Source: Camelus dromedarius
Taxonomy: Eukaryota
Reading direction: 5' to 3'
DNA: 64,000 bases
NCBI RefSeq assembly: GCF_036321535.1
Contig: NC_087447.1
Location: forward strand, 34,102,001 to 34,166,000
The notes under the pieces were generated by a model. It was not told where the DNA came from, did not search any database, and worked only from the letters and a program-made list of their open reading frames with translations. The position numbers and the translations under genes were made by a program. Below, in pieces: positions 1 to 11,440 of the stretch (position 1 is the first letter of the stretch; the number at the start of each line of letters is the position of its first letter).

Positions 1-182
1 GCTCTTCTCTTTGTCATGGGGACTGTCATTGCTCTACATAGCTGTCCTTCTGGGATGCTCAGTCCTAGGGTGAGAATGATGTACAACATAGCCTTCCACT
101 GCTCTACAATGGCCAGATAGTGAGGGTGGGTTTGGGGAGTTATTTGTTACACAGCATAACCCAGCCTATCCTGATGGATGCA
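1..182 (+). mobile_element. MLT1 (ERVL-MaLR) LTR 3' part, old
   Basis: Ends ttgttacacagcataacccagcctatcctga...ca, typical of MLT1H-K 3' termini. Confidence 0.6.
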
Positions 183-1224
183 AAGACTTGCCCAGGTACC
201 CAGATTAAAACCCATGATGTGATTTTCTGTTGCAGGGCACAGGTGTAGTCAGATTCTGACCTGGGATTGGGGGGGGGGGGGTTGCCCAAGCTTTGGGTTG
301 CTGGGGGAGGAACCACAGAAAAAGACTTTTCTCTCTGTCCACTAGTTACTGCTTTTGTATTGCTAGATGTCTTCTCATCCATACCTGGAACAATCATCAC
401 GTCTCCAAATTACCTTTAAATAACTACTGAAAAGGCACCACTTTTGGAAAACGTACTTTGGGGGAGTAACTGTCCTCCCAGCTCCCAATCACGCACACAC
501 TCCGCTGTGCTTCTATGATGACGTAGCCCAGAGCAAAGCTCTGAAGTTGGGTGACATTAGGGAGCAGAAGATTCCTGTGGGGCCACTACACTGCTTTTTT
601 TTTTTTTTTTTAAGTGAAAATACTGCATGCACAAGAAATGATACCCCACACAGCATTCTTGCCCTTCTCTTTACAGCCCCCTGGGAGAATTCCTTTGTGG
701 CTTAAGGTGCAGATGGTTTGCTTCCTGTCAGCAAAACCCCCCTGTTCAGCACAGGTGGCCCCTGCCCACCTCTTCCACAAGCAGTAGCTCTGACTTAAAA
801 AAGGAAGCCCCTGGAAGCAGCAGAAAAGAGGCCCTTGGGAAAGGCCGAGGCAGTAATTATTACCCCGTTACCACAGAAGTAGAGGTTTGCCTCTAAGGCT
901 CCTTTTGTGAGCTTTAAAATGAAAGCGGCTTTCACTCTCTCCTACTTTGTTTCTCTTGCTACACACAAGCAGGACAAGAAAGGGGAATGGGGTGGGAAGG
1001 AAACAATGAAGATCACTGATGCTGGGGGCCTTGCGAGAGGCATCTTCTTATTCCAAGAAAATGAGTACAACCCTGGAATGCAGGACTCTGAAAGCGCTCG
1101 GGGGCACTGGTGGGTATCACAGGCAGAAGGAGCTGGCAAGAAGAATGAGAGAGCAAGAGAGGGGAAGGGCTGGGGGTGAGAGAGAGAGATGGAGAAGCGG
1201 GGAGAGGGGGAGAAGGGGAGAGGG

Positions 1225-1227
<3 letters not shown>

Positions 1228-1280
<53 letters not shown>
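1228..1280 (+). repeat. (AG)n microsatellite preceded by G/A-rich tract
   Basis: About 26 perfect AG units, seen directly. Confidence 0.97.
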
Positions 1281-1285
<5 letters not shown>

Positions 1286-1719
1286 TCAAGTGATGGAGCC
1301 AAGCAAAGCAAAATGAAGACAAAATAGTACTGGACTAATTGGGAAGGGGGTTGGGAGCGGGAGGAAGGCCAAGTTCATTTTCACTTAGGCCAGCAGGAAG
1401 CTCAGTGCTGAATTACCACACAAATGCAACCGTGGAGGGCCTTACGGTTGGTACATCTGTACTCTCAATTTTCTCCCTTTTCTACGTGTCATAGTCTAAC
1501 TTACATTTCTCCCTTGCCCTAACACTTCATTCTTTTAATTCACAATTGTCCTTTTGTTATACGTTGTTACTCTAAGCTGTTATAGAAAGAAGAGGGCTTA
1601 GTTATTAGTTAATTAATTAAACATAAAGGAAAGAAAACTGCAAAGTAGTAGAACCCAGATTGCCCTTAACAGCTTACAGGATGGAAGAACCATCAGAGTA
1701 TTGATCTTTGTTCGGTACT

Positions 1720-1830
1720 TTATAAAGCACTTTCCCCCATCAACTCGGGGGCTCCTCACAGCAGTCCTGTGAGGCACATGGGAATTCCATCCTCATTTTT
1801 GAGACAAAACCCTGAAACTCAGGGGTTTTC
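1720..1830 (-). mobile_element. MIR fragment
   Basis: cctcacagcagtcctgtgagg...cctcattttt...gaaactcag resembles the reverse MIR core. Confidence 0.55.
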
Positions 1831-2857
1831 ACCACACCCAGGTCTCCTTACAGCAAACTCTACATCTTCCCTTTACACCACAGCTGCCTCTTGAAACAGA
1901 AATGAGTTGGTCTGTCTCAGCGCTGCCCAAAAGAACGTCCACAGTGATGAGATGTTGTCTATCTATTGCAGAGGGTCTGCACTCCCCAACAGGGTGGCCC
2001 CGAACCACTTGGGACTTGGGAGCACTGGAAAGGTGGCTGTCATGACTAAGAAGTGGACTTCTAACTTGGTTTATTTTACACTGCATGGCCACATCTCCCA
2101 CATCTCCCTCGGGGCTCGCCTGCTAGGCACTGCAGATCTGTATTTTCTCTCTCCCACCACGTCGATCTAGGGGGAACAGGGCTCAAAGACTGGCAGCCAG
2201 AGATGGTATGAAGTGTGCCAGTGGGAAGATTAGGAAACGACAGTGCAGAAAAGACACAGAGGGCAGAGGGAACATTTTAGGGGAGCCTTCCTTAGACCAT
2301 GGCCCAGCCCTGCAGGCCTGCAGACCCCAAACCCTGGGGAGAGAAACTCCAGCAATGCCTCAGGTGCGACACAGTGGTGGGCCAGGAGCAGGGTGAATTC
2401 TTCAAATGACTGCAGAATGTCTGCAGGTTCTGGGGGTCCTGGGTTTCCGGCATCACTACAGGGAAGGGTCAGCTCTGGCCTGGGATCCTGAAACTGCGGA
2501 CTCCTCCTCCAGCAAACAACACAAGCTTGCAGCCGGTCAAAATCCACAAAAGGCACCCCATCTCCGAACCTCCAAAGCTGCCAAGGGTAAACTGGCCCAG
2601 CTTTGTGTCAGAAAGGGCCTTTCCCAAGGTCTGAGACCACAGAGGGATAAGGGGTGAGGGCGAGCCCATCCGTGCTGAGTTTACTAACCCTCTCATGGCT
2701 TCAAGATGATGAAACCAAGATAGTATCTCCTCTCCGAGGGTCAGGGCTAGGAATTCACGACACAATGTTTGTAAGGTGCTTAGCACAGCTCCCAGCATAG
2801 AGCCCTCCATGGGGAAATGGCAACTGTGACTGTTTTTATTATTTTCTGATGAAGGTG

Positions 2858-3356
2858 TGTATTAGTTTTATATTGCTGCTGCAACAAATCACAATCAACT
2901 TGTTGGGTGAAAATAATAAATAGGTACTCTCTTATAGTTCTTTCAGACAGAAGTCTGCATTGGGTCTCATGGACTGAAGTCACGGTGTCGGCAGGGCCAC
3001 ACCCATTTCTGGAGGCTGTCGGGGAGCGTCTGCTCCTTCACCTTCTCCTCCTGTTAGAGGCCACCCCCCTTCCTCGGCTGTGGCCCCCTCCTCCATCTTC
3101 AAAGCTAGCGAGGGCAGGTGGCATCCTTCTCACATCTCATCACTCTGCCGTCCTCTCCTGCCTGCCTCTTCCACTTTTAAGGACCCTGTGATTACACTGG
3201 GTCCACCTGGATAATCCAGGTCCATCTATCTCAACGTCAGCTGATAAGCAACCTTAATTCCCCTGGCCATGTAGCCCAACATATTCACAGGTGCTGGGGA
3301 TTACGCCGTGGATGTCTTTGGGTAGGGGTGGGGGGGGGGTCACTCTCCCTACCCCA
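2858..3356 (-). mobile_element. MLT1C/D-like solo LTR
   Basis: tgtattagtt...ttgctgctgcaacaaatcac start; ttttaaggaccctgtgattacactggg and cagctgataagcaaccttaattccc internal motifs. Confidence 0.8.
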
Positions 3357-5756
3357 AGCTTGTTGGGGGGGTGAGGGGAGAAGACATTCCCATCCGTGCA
3401 CCCTCCAGTCCACAGACCTCCACAGGGGCTATGGCTTCAGGAATAGCTGGGACGGGAACCTACCATGTGGTGAGGGCTCCCCCCAATTCCATCTGCTGGC
3501 TGGGGAGCTCTGGCCTGGACTAAACTCCTCTCCCCAGGTCGGCCTGAATCTGAATGCACTGCTCGGTGCCAGGAGGCTGTGTTGTTCCACACAGATCACA
3601 AAGCCGAGCGGTGTCCTGGGCTCTTGGAGATCTTGTGACACTCCTCCTGGCGAGGAAGGAGGGCTCGGCTTGGCAGGCTCCTCACACTGTGGGACTCCCT
3701 GTTCGAGCTGAGGCTTGGACGGCTCCGGGCACCAAGGCCAGAGTCCTCAGTGTAGACAGTCAGGTTTACACAATGACCGAAGCCCAAGTGAGACGCCATC
3801 TCAATACCTAAAATGTGCCGAATTTGCAGGGCAAAGAACACCTTGTAACAAGGAAAAAAGCAGTTTCTTCTTCCTGTTTGGTGATGTGGGAGGGCAACTT
3901 TCCTTTGCTCACGTCTCAGACTGACGTTTTACCAAGCAGCGTGAGTTTTTTGCTTTTTCTTTTTATTACTACCTAAGTTAGTAAAAGCCACTGGTATTCA
4001 CTAAGCATTCTAATGGTTGAGAGAAAGTTACCAAGTAGTTTTGCAAAGTCCTTCTGAGGATCTATGTGAACAGGAGCCTGACTTCTGTCCTCCATGTGCT
4101 CTCTCTCAATGACACTTAGGTGACCAGGGGATGCCGTCGGGGGGGCATCCAAGTGCCTCGGCCCACCGTGGGCTAGAGCGCGATGCCAGAATGGACTGCA
4201 CTGATGCTCTGGGGGCACAAAGAAAGGGACCTGAGAGTGGAAACTTTCCCAGAGCAGAGCTGGAAGCTTTGAAAGCACTCAGCTCGCTGGAGTTCAAGAA
4301 CTTTTGACGGGTGCTGAGGAGACAGCAGTGCATGCCACTGGCAAAAATTCAACAAGCCATCTGACTGTGCCAGCCCAGTCTCGGGGCCCTTCTTGTCCTA
4401 TTTCTTCTTCCTCCCAGGCTGCCACTTCAGAGACCTCTAGGCAAAAGCTCTCTCTACTTGTCTGTTATCTGGGGCCAACAGCTTGTAATCAGCCACCTCC
4501 ATTTGTCCCTTTTGATCCTCCCTTTCCAGCTGGCTGGCTTCAGTTTGCTAGAAGCAGCCCCTGATGACGATCAGGTAAAAACTGGAGCTCCTGGGTGGCA
4601 ACCCTAAAGAGTGACAGGAGATCAAGGGCAGACTTAGCATGTTGAATTTACTATCGTCATTTATTATTTCTCAGAAGCCAGCTGGTGACATATGAGACTC
4701 ACAAGCAGACATGGTCTAGGCTCCCAGTCTCCGAAGGTACATGTTATTATCAGTTACTTTTAATAACCCCAAAGATACCCCAGCCACATCCTGCTGCAAA
4801 CAGCCACAGCCTGCCAGGAGGGTCAGCATCCTTGAGGGCCTCCCCTGGGGTAGCCGTCCTCCAGGGCTGCACTGCCAAAGTTAATGATGTTCCTGTTTGT
4901 ACAGTGAGGTGACCTGCCCTTCTCGTGCTGGTCTTCCCTTGGCTGAGCTCTAATCAGAAGTCAGCTCTAGGTACTTCTCCCATTTCCTTTGCAGAACTCA
5001 TGGAGTTTGCTGCTTGTGGGTGAATCCTTAAGGAAATGGCCGGGTTTTTTTATTAAAAATGTCATGGAAACATCTTAGTTCTTTTTTCAGGTTAAAAGGG
5101 AAGAATTCTGGAAAGGTGCTCGGTTCTCTGCATTTTTTTCAGTTGTCTAAATTATTTAAACACTGTATTTCCAACTACAGGGGTAAGATTAAGATCACCT
5201 AACTTGTAGCCATTTGCACACTACTGTTCATTTAACAACTTTACGCCATCTGTGATGTCCTTCCTTGCTAGATCACATTAAACTGTCTCAAGCCTACGCT
5301 ACCCTTACCCCAAGCCGTATTTGTTAAATCATGGGTTTGCTGTGCTAGTTATAAGGGTTTTTTTTTTTAATTAAAATTAAAATGTAATTGTTAAAAAGAA
5401 ATATTTTCCTGTCTACCATCTAGAATTATTTCCTATACTATTAATGTTAGCCTCTCACTTTGGGAAACACTCATCTAGAATATACTTTTGGGAAGAGGTT
5501 TACATGAGGAACTTTAAAGAAATAAATCTACTACTACTTCAACTTAGCCAAAGATAAAGCATTTCTATGGTCTGTTTACACTAACTTTGGGGATTAAAGG
5601 AATTTAACATATTCAAGAACAATGCAGAGTATCTCACAGCCTACAGGTCCACCCATATGAAATAGGAAATTTATAAGCATTATTAAATCTTTTTCCTAAG
5701 CCACCTGAATTTTTTCTTCAAAAAGTGGTCAGTTATCTATTCAGTCTTTAAACATC

Positions 5757-5893
5757 TCTTTTTTGGGGGGGGGGGGGGTAGTAATTAGGTTTATTTATTT
5801 ATTCATTGTTTTTAATGGAGGTACCAAGGATTGAACCCAGGACCTTGTGCACACTAAGCACACACTCTACTACTGAGCTACATCCTCACCCCC
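5757..5893 (-). mobile_element. vic-1-like camelid tRNA-derived SINE
   Basis: Minus strand has an A box (tagctcagtagtag), a B box (ggttcaatcc), tacctccatt and an aataaacctaattac tail. Flanking attcagtctt duplication at 5739-5748 and 5897-5906. Confidence 0.85.
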
Positions 5894-6661
5894 TCCATTC
5901 AGTCTTAACTGATCACATTTGAGCAATTCCAGTTTGGGCAGAACATCTCCCAGTCTGGGAAGAACCAGAAGACACTGCTGTCCATTTGGTCCCACCACAG
6001 AGGCTGAATGGGAACAGCAGAGTGAATGCCACCCATCTCTCCAGCTCCCACCCAATCTTCCACCTCCAAAAAGCAGAAACAAGCTCAGCTGTGATCTATA
6101 ATAATTCCATTAACCCTGCAATGAAGCATTAAATTAAACTGCCTAGCGCAGACTCCGCTTCTGCTACGAGGGGAAATGTACCTCGTAAGGCCTCCACTTT
6201 ATGCTAATAGATTTACTAAGCAACTCCATGTTTACAAGAGAACACACATAAGCAAAATAATTTAGCAAACAGTGAAATCTCCAGTGGGACTGTTAAAACA
6301 ACTGACTTTTTTTTTTTTTGGCTGATATTTACTCCAAAGAGTTTAGTTATAGAGATTCTTAGCCTTAGAAGGAGTAGTTTGCAAACGGCTTTTCAAACCA
6401 ATACTTTAAATAAAATTACAGGAAAAAAGCTGACTTGAGCTGGCAGTGGAGTGGAGCAGTCTTTTGTCAACTCTGGTATAAATCACCACCTTGGACAGTG
6501 GGGAGACTCTGAGAAGGACACATTCAAGTTGGTGGCAGAGCCTGGGCCCTGGGCAGATGTCAAGTTCCCGACAACTAGTTCGGCAGTCTCCACCCCAGCC
6601 CAAGCTTCTCAGCTGCCCCCGAGAGAAGGTGAAGGTTCCCCTGCAGTGAATTCCATGTGGT

Positions 6662-6760
6662 GGGGTGAGAGCTATAGCTCGGTGGTAGAGCGCAAGCTTA
6701 ACATCCCCAGTACCTCCATCAAAACCAACCAACCAACCTAATTACCTCCCCGCCAAGACA
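6662..6760 (+). mobile_element. vic-1-like SINE with internal deletion of the B box
   Basis: ggggtgagagctatagctcggtggtagagcgcaagcttaacat|ccccagtacctccatc...cctaattacctcccc; aattccat on both sides (6649-6656, 6761-6768). Confidence 0.8.
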
Positions 6761-7796
6761 AATTCCATTTCTGGGGGGTAACTTCACTGTCTGTCTCTTT
6801 AACAATGGTGCCCTATTTCTCCGAAGCCAGAGAACTACAGGAGTCCTCACGTTCTCTGCAAAAAGTATGTCGGGCTAAGAGAATAGCAAGAGGCTGGACC
6901 CGCGCTACTGAGAGCTGGCCCTCCAACGTGTGAGATTTCACATCCAAAAAGAGCACCGTGATTTCCAACCACTCACATCGAAATTCCATGTTATGTCTCA
7001 TCAACCCAGACGTGGAAAGAGGTCAAGTATGCCTGAAAAATCCTTCAACAGTCAGATCATTCGAGGGTACTGAGAACTAGAAACACAGCACATCAGAGCT
7101 GGAAAGGATCCTGGAAATCATACAGTCCAAACCCCTTCCTTAACAGATTGCTCATGGTCATGGAATTGGTTTGTGTCAGAGGAAAGACTAGAAACTTGAG
7201 GCCAAATACTCCTCTTTATCGTAGTGTTTTCTGAAGCTCTTTTTCTCCCTGAAGCAATGAAGACCAGTCAAGCTTTACGATGTCGACTCCTCAGCGTGTG
7301 GTGTGTAAAGCTACACATGGCTAAACCTGCCTCCCAGCCCCAGGCAACAGGAGAGCTGTGGGCAAGCCTGCTCAGCCCAGGCCAGGAGAGCACCCTTCTG
7401 CACACAGACCTTCTGTGCATCACCAGGGACTCTGTTTCTTCTGAGGCACAATCCCTAGAAAGCTGGCTGACAGGGGACGCAAAGCAGATCCCTGGGGCCC
7501 GCTAAACCGATCAGCATGCAGTAGCAACAGTCAAAACAACAGCAAGAACAACGCCCAGCCTGAGCTCCTGGTGTTCCTGCCGTCAGACGCACCACCCCAC
7601 CCAGAGCCAGGACTCAAGAGCCCTTCTCCCACCTGCTGAGCCAGCTCCTAACCCCAGGCCCGCCTCCAAGGCCTCCCAACCTCTGGGAGGATAGGCTTCA
7701 GCAGCACCCATCCACTCTCACTCTCACCACTCTCAGTTCTCAGGCCCCTCTGGAATGACCTCCGCACCTGGGCAACCCCAAGGGGAGCAAGCTTAC

Positions 7797-7919
7797 CTGT
7801 CAGCATCCCCAAGGCCCAGGGAGGTGTTTCTTTGTAGGGTCTCCCGTACCACAGCCATCCCATCAGGGAGCCGGTTCAGGCGGCGGGTGTAGAGGCCAAG
7901 CCCACCATCGGTCATGTAC
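7797..7919 (-). CDS. NAV2: NAV2 coding exon (123 nt; about exon 11), YMTDGGLGLYTRRLNRLPDGMAVVRETLQRNTSLGLGDAD
   Basis: Read by hand; this frame is not in the ORF track. Acceptor tcctcttctcctttcaaAG, donor AG|GTAAGC. Phase 2-2, continuing GG|G from the 390-nt exon across a 27.5-kb intron. Confidence 0.96.
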
Positions 7920-9509
7920 CTTTGAAAGGAGAAGAGGAGGATGCAGATGTATGGTTAAAAAGCAAGTCCTGCAGCATCTTGCCGCTCATATCCAGAGGCC
8001 CTGCACGGTCATCCTGTGCTCCAAGGGGAAAGGAATTGAGGCTTTCCCGGGGCTCTGTCACTGATTCAACCCAAAGGATCACCAGCTTGCTAGCAAAAAT
8101 AAAACTCAGTTAACCCAAACTCACAGGAATCTATGAAACAGAAGGGAACTAGGGAATCACATTAATTGTCAGATGTATTCATGACAGTCTTTTTAATGTC
8201 AGCAATTATATCAGCAGGTGTTTTACCTAAGAACTGTGAATGGAACTGACAAGTCATGGGCAAATCATAGGGAAATAAACTGCAAGACAGCACAGTGGAG
8301 AAAGTAGATGAGGTTTTAAGAAGGGGTGGAAAGAAAAGGTGGAGGATACAAGAGCCACCTTTGTCATCAGGGGCAAGTTGCTTCTCTGAGTCCTGGGTTT
8401 TACATTTAAACTATGTGATTATCATAGCTTTCCTGCATTACAAGGTGGACATGAGAATGAGTGAGATAAGGGACACCAAAGTGCTCTATAATTTGTATGA
8501 GACCATATAAACAGAAGAAGTTATTAGGATTGCCATCATATTGAAGTGCCTACAATGATGAACTTCACCTTTGATACTGATGTCTATTAAGGACGTTGTC
8601 TCAAACTCTCTGAATAACAACACCGAGGCTCACTGACTTTTCCAGATGCCTTGGGGTTGCCACAGAGCTATCTCCTGATGAAATCAGTGTTGTCAGGGGA
8701 GGGATGGACCCTTGGAACTTTCTGTATAGATGGCTGACTATCCCAGACCAGTTCCTGAGAGCTTCCTCACCAGTAGGAGACAGATCAGGTCCAGAGCAGC
8801 TTTACTTCAACTATATTATCTCCATCTCAACACCCCGTAAAGGAGACTGCTTGTGGCATCACGCCAATCTCCAGAGGAGAACAAGAAGGCAAAGCAAAAC
8901 TTGGGCAAAGCCAGAAACCAAACTCAGATCCCTTTAATTCCCACATGGGCCCCATCAGATAGACCTGCAATGTGTCTGAAAACAAGAGTGATTTACATTT
9001 CAAGAACACTAGTGAATGAGCCGTCATTTTCCTTAAACAGTCAGCTGAGCGATGTCATGAAATGTTTCACTGCATTTGATTTTTCGGATGTAGACTATAA
9101 GGGGGTAGACGCTAGGGGTTCTCAATCCTTGAGTTTCTTCTACCTCTAGTTTAGGAACTTCTTAGGATATATCTTAGAAAAAAGTGCAATTCTAGGATGC
9201 TGGGCAGGTTTTCCAGGACCAATAAGTTCAAGTGAGGGGTAGAGAAGAAAGTTCTCACCGGAGCCATTTTGGTCAAAGGACTTCCGCTCTTGGTCGAAAG
9301 AAGAAGCTCCCTAGGGCAGCTTCCAGGATACCATGTCTGAACTGGATTTCTCTGATGTCCCCCTTCATTCCCCATTTATGACGTTAATGATCACAATGCC
9401 AACATAATGGGAAATCTGTTGGAGTCAGTCAAACCAATAAACTGTGGTTGCACCAACAGAACAACAGAAGAGACTGAATTTTTCACTCAAGTGTACCATT
9501 TTTTAAAAA

Positions 9510-9740
9510 AGGTACCCTGTGAATATATTACAAACCAGTGAATTATACACTTTAAAATGGTAAATTTTATGCTATATGACTCAATTGCGGCTATAGTTAT
9601 AATTATTTGTGTAATGACTTTAATGCTGGCCTCCCACACTGGATAGTAAGCTCCTTGAACGCAGGGACTATTCTTATTTTGTTCAAATCTATACCCCATG
9701 TGCCTAACACATACTAAATGCTTAATAAATACTGTTTTTT
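9510..9740 (+). mobile_element. Old L1M 3' tip (about 9510-9585) followed by L2 3' end (about 9625-9740)
   Basis: gaattatacactttaaaatggtaaattttatg (L1M terminus); gtaagctccttga...cagggact...aaatgcttaataaata (L2 terminus). Confidence 0.6.
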
Positions 9741-10726
9741 TTTAAAATGAAGCCCAAAGACACAGCCATGAGGTGAAGTTTAGCAAAAACATTTTGAGAG
9801 GACACCAATTACAGGTTTTTCTTCCTCTTAAACAGCAGCAAATTCAACATCTAAGACATATGGCAATTGAACTGACTATCTGCCAGTCTATTCACCTGTC
9901 CATCCATACAGCCACCCACTAATCCAATAGATGCAGAGGCCCAGGGTTCAGCGGTAGACTCCGTGTGTGCCTCCAACAATTAGCATAAGGAGAAAAAAAA
10001 AAAAAAACCTATAGCAAAATGTGGCGTAGTCTGCCAGAGGCTAGACTTTGTAGTTCAAATGTCCTTTCAAGGAGAATTCAGCAGAGGACCTTCTGCAGCA
10101 ACAATAAGCAAGGCAGTGAATTTCGATTTTAGCAAAGCCTGCCCAGGCACAGAGATAAACAACAATTTTTCAACTGGAGAGATCTTGTCAAAGGACAAAC
10201 TAATTTTAGCATTCATTTATTTCCCTGCTAGATTTTTATGGCTGGTGAAACAACACACATGGGCGGGCAATGACAGGCACCCGGGCATGTAGACGAGGTC
10301 CACACATACACGGCCCTGGCTTCCTGTGAAGGCCAAGAGCAGAGCCTGGTGATCATTCCAGAGGGGGATGCTGAGGCGAGCTGCAGCCCCTAGACTGGTA
10401 ACACCGGGCTGTGCAATGAGGTTGTGTCGGAAAATGACCACCAATGAAGATGGAGGGCCTTGGAGAAACGGGAATGGATGTGCTAACTTAGCTTGTCAAT
10501 TGCTGCTGTGAATTCTGATTTTGTAGAGGCAGAGAAAGGGGAGGAAAGTCCAGGATAAATCAAGGTCCTCTGCCTTCTCAAATGCACCAAGGCCTGAATG
10601 CCAGGGTGTTGAATCCAACCACAGTGACAATGATCCAGTGTGTGCCCCATGCAGGCGAGCGAGTGAGCGAACAAGAGAGAGAGAGAGGCGAGGGGGAGAA
10701 GATCGTAAGGAAAATAGGGAATTTAC

Positions 10727-10803
10727 CTCTTCTCCCAGGGGCTTGTAAAAATATATTCAATCATGTATTTTTTATAATAGTCTTCAAAATAAATTCTGCA
10801 CAT
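10727..10803 (-). CDS. NAV2: Candidate alternative first coding exon of a short NAV2 isoform (MCRIYFEDYYKKYMIEYIFTSPWEKR)
   Basis: In-frame TGA two codons upstream, ATG with G at -3, 25 stop-free codons in AT-rich DNA, and donor GAG|GTAAAT in phase 2 matching the 123-nt exon. No transcript evidence available. Confidence 0.5.
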
Positions 10804-11128
10804 ACCCTCTCACCAGGAGACAGCGCAGCACTGGAGACAGCTGTCTCTAGAACCAGTCTCGCACTCAAGAGCCTAATTTAAAATACTGGTTTCTAAATTA
10901 CCATCCACCAATTAGCAACAGTCTGATTTTCAAAAAGCTCTGTATGTACTTTCAATAACTCTTCTAGTCTCAATGAAAAACATACTTTTTTTTGTTCAAC
11001 CCAAATTTTTATAGGAACTGACCATAGACTACATTAACATAGACTGCCTTAATCAAGTTCATCCCTTAAGAAAGCATGATTTAGAGACGAAGCAGTCACT
11101 GGTGTTGATCCAAAACACTAAGCCCTTG

Positions 11129-11440
11129 AAACAGACAAGGACACAGAAAACAAACTATGGTTACCAGGGGGGTAGGGGTAAATCAGGAGTCTGGGATTTG
11201 CAGATATCAACCACTATATACAAAAATAGAAAAACGATAAGGTCTCACTGTTTAGCACAGGGAACTAGAATCAATATCTTATAATAACCTATAATAATAA
11301 TGAATATGAGAAAGAATATATATGTGTGTGTATAACTGAATCACTATGCTGTACATCAGAAACTAATGCAATGTAAATCAACTATACTTTAATATAAATA
11401 AAATAAAATTAAATTAAATAAAATTAAATTAAAATACAAT
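11129..11440 (+). mobile_element. 5'-truncated cetartiodactyl-type L1 3' UTR with A-rich tail
   Basis: tagcacagggaacta...ataactgaatcactatgctgtaca...tgtaaatcaactatact; TSD aaaacact(aa/g)gcccttg at 11112-11128 and 11441-11456. Confidence 0.88.

Noticed and set aside
907..1327. ORFs with ER/SL repeats
   Set aside because: Products of the (AG)n tract.
269..3340. Poly-G / G-quadruplex-like runs (269-281, 3320-3338)
   Set aside because: Homopolymer expansions, partly at repeat ends, error-prone in assembly and with no functional context.
10483..10650. ATG-initiated MGHTLDH...AIDKLS as another first exon
   Set aside because: No GT donor in phase 2 before its stop; the nearby TAA|GTTAGC is weak and phase 1.
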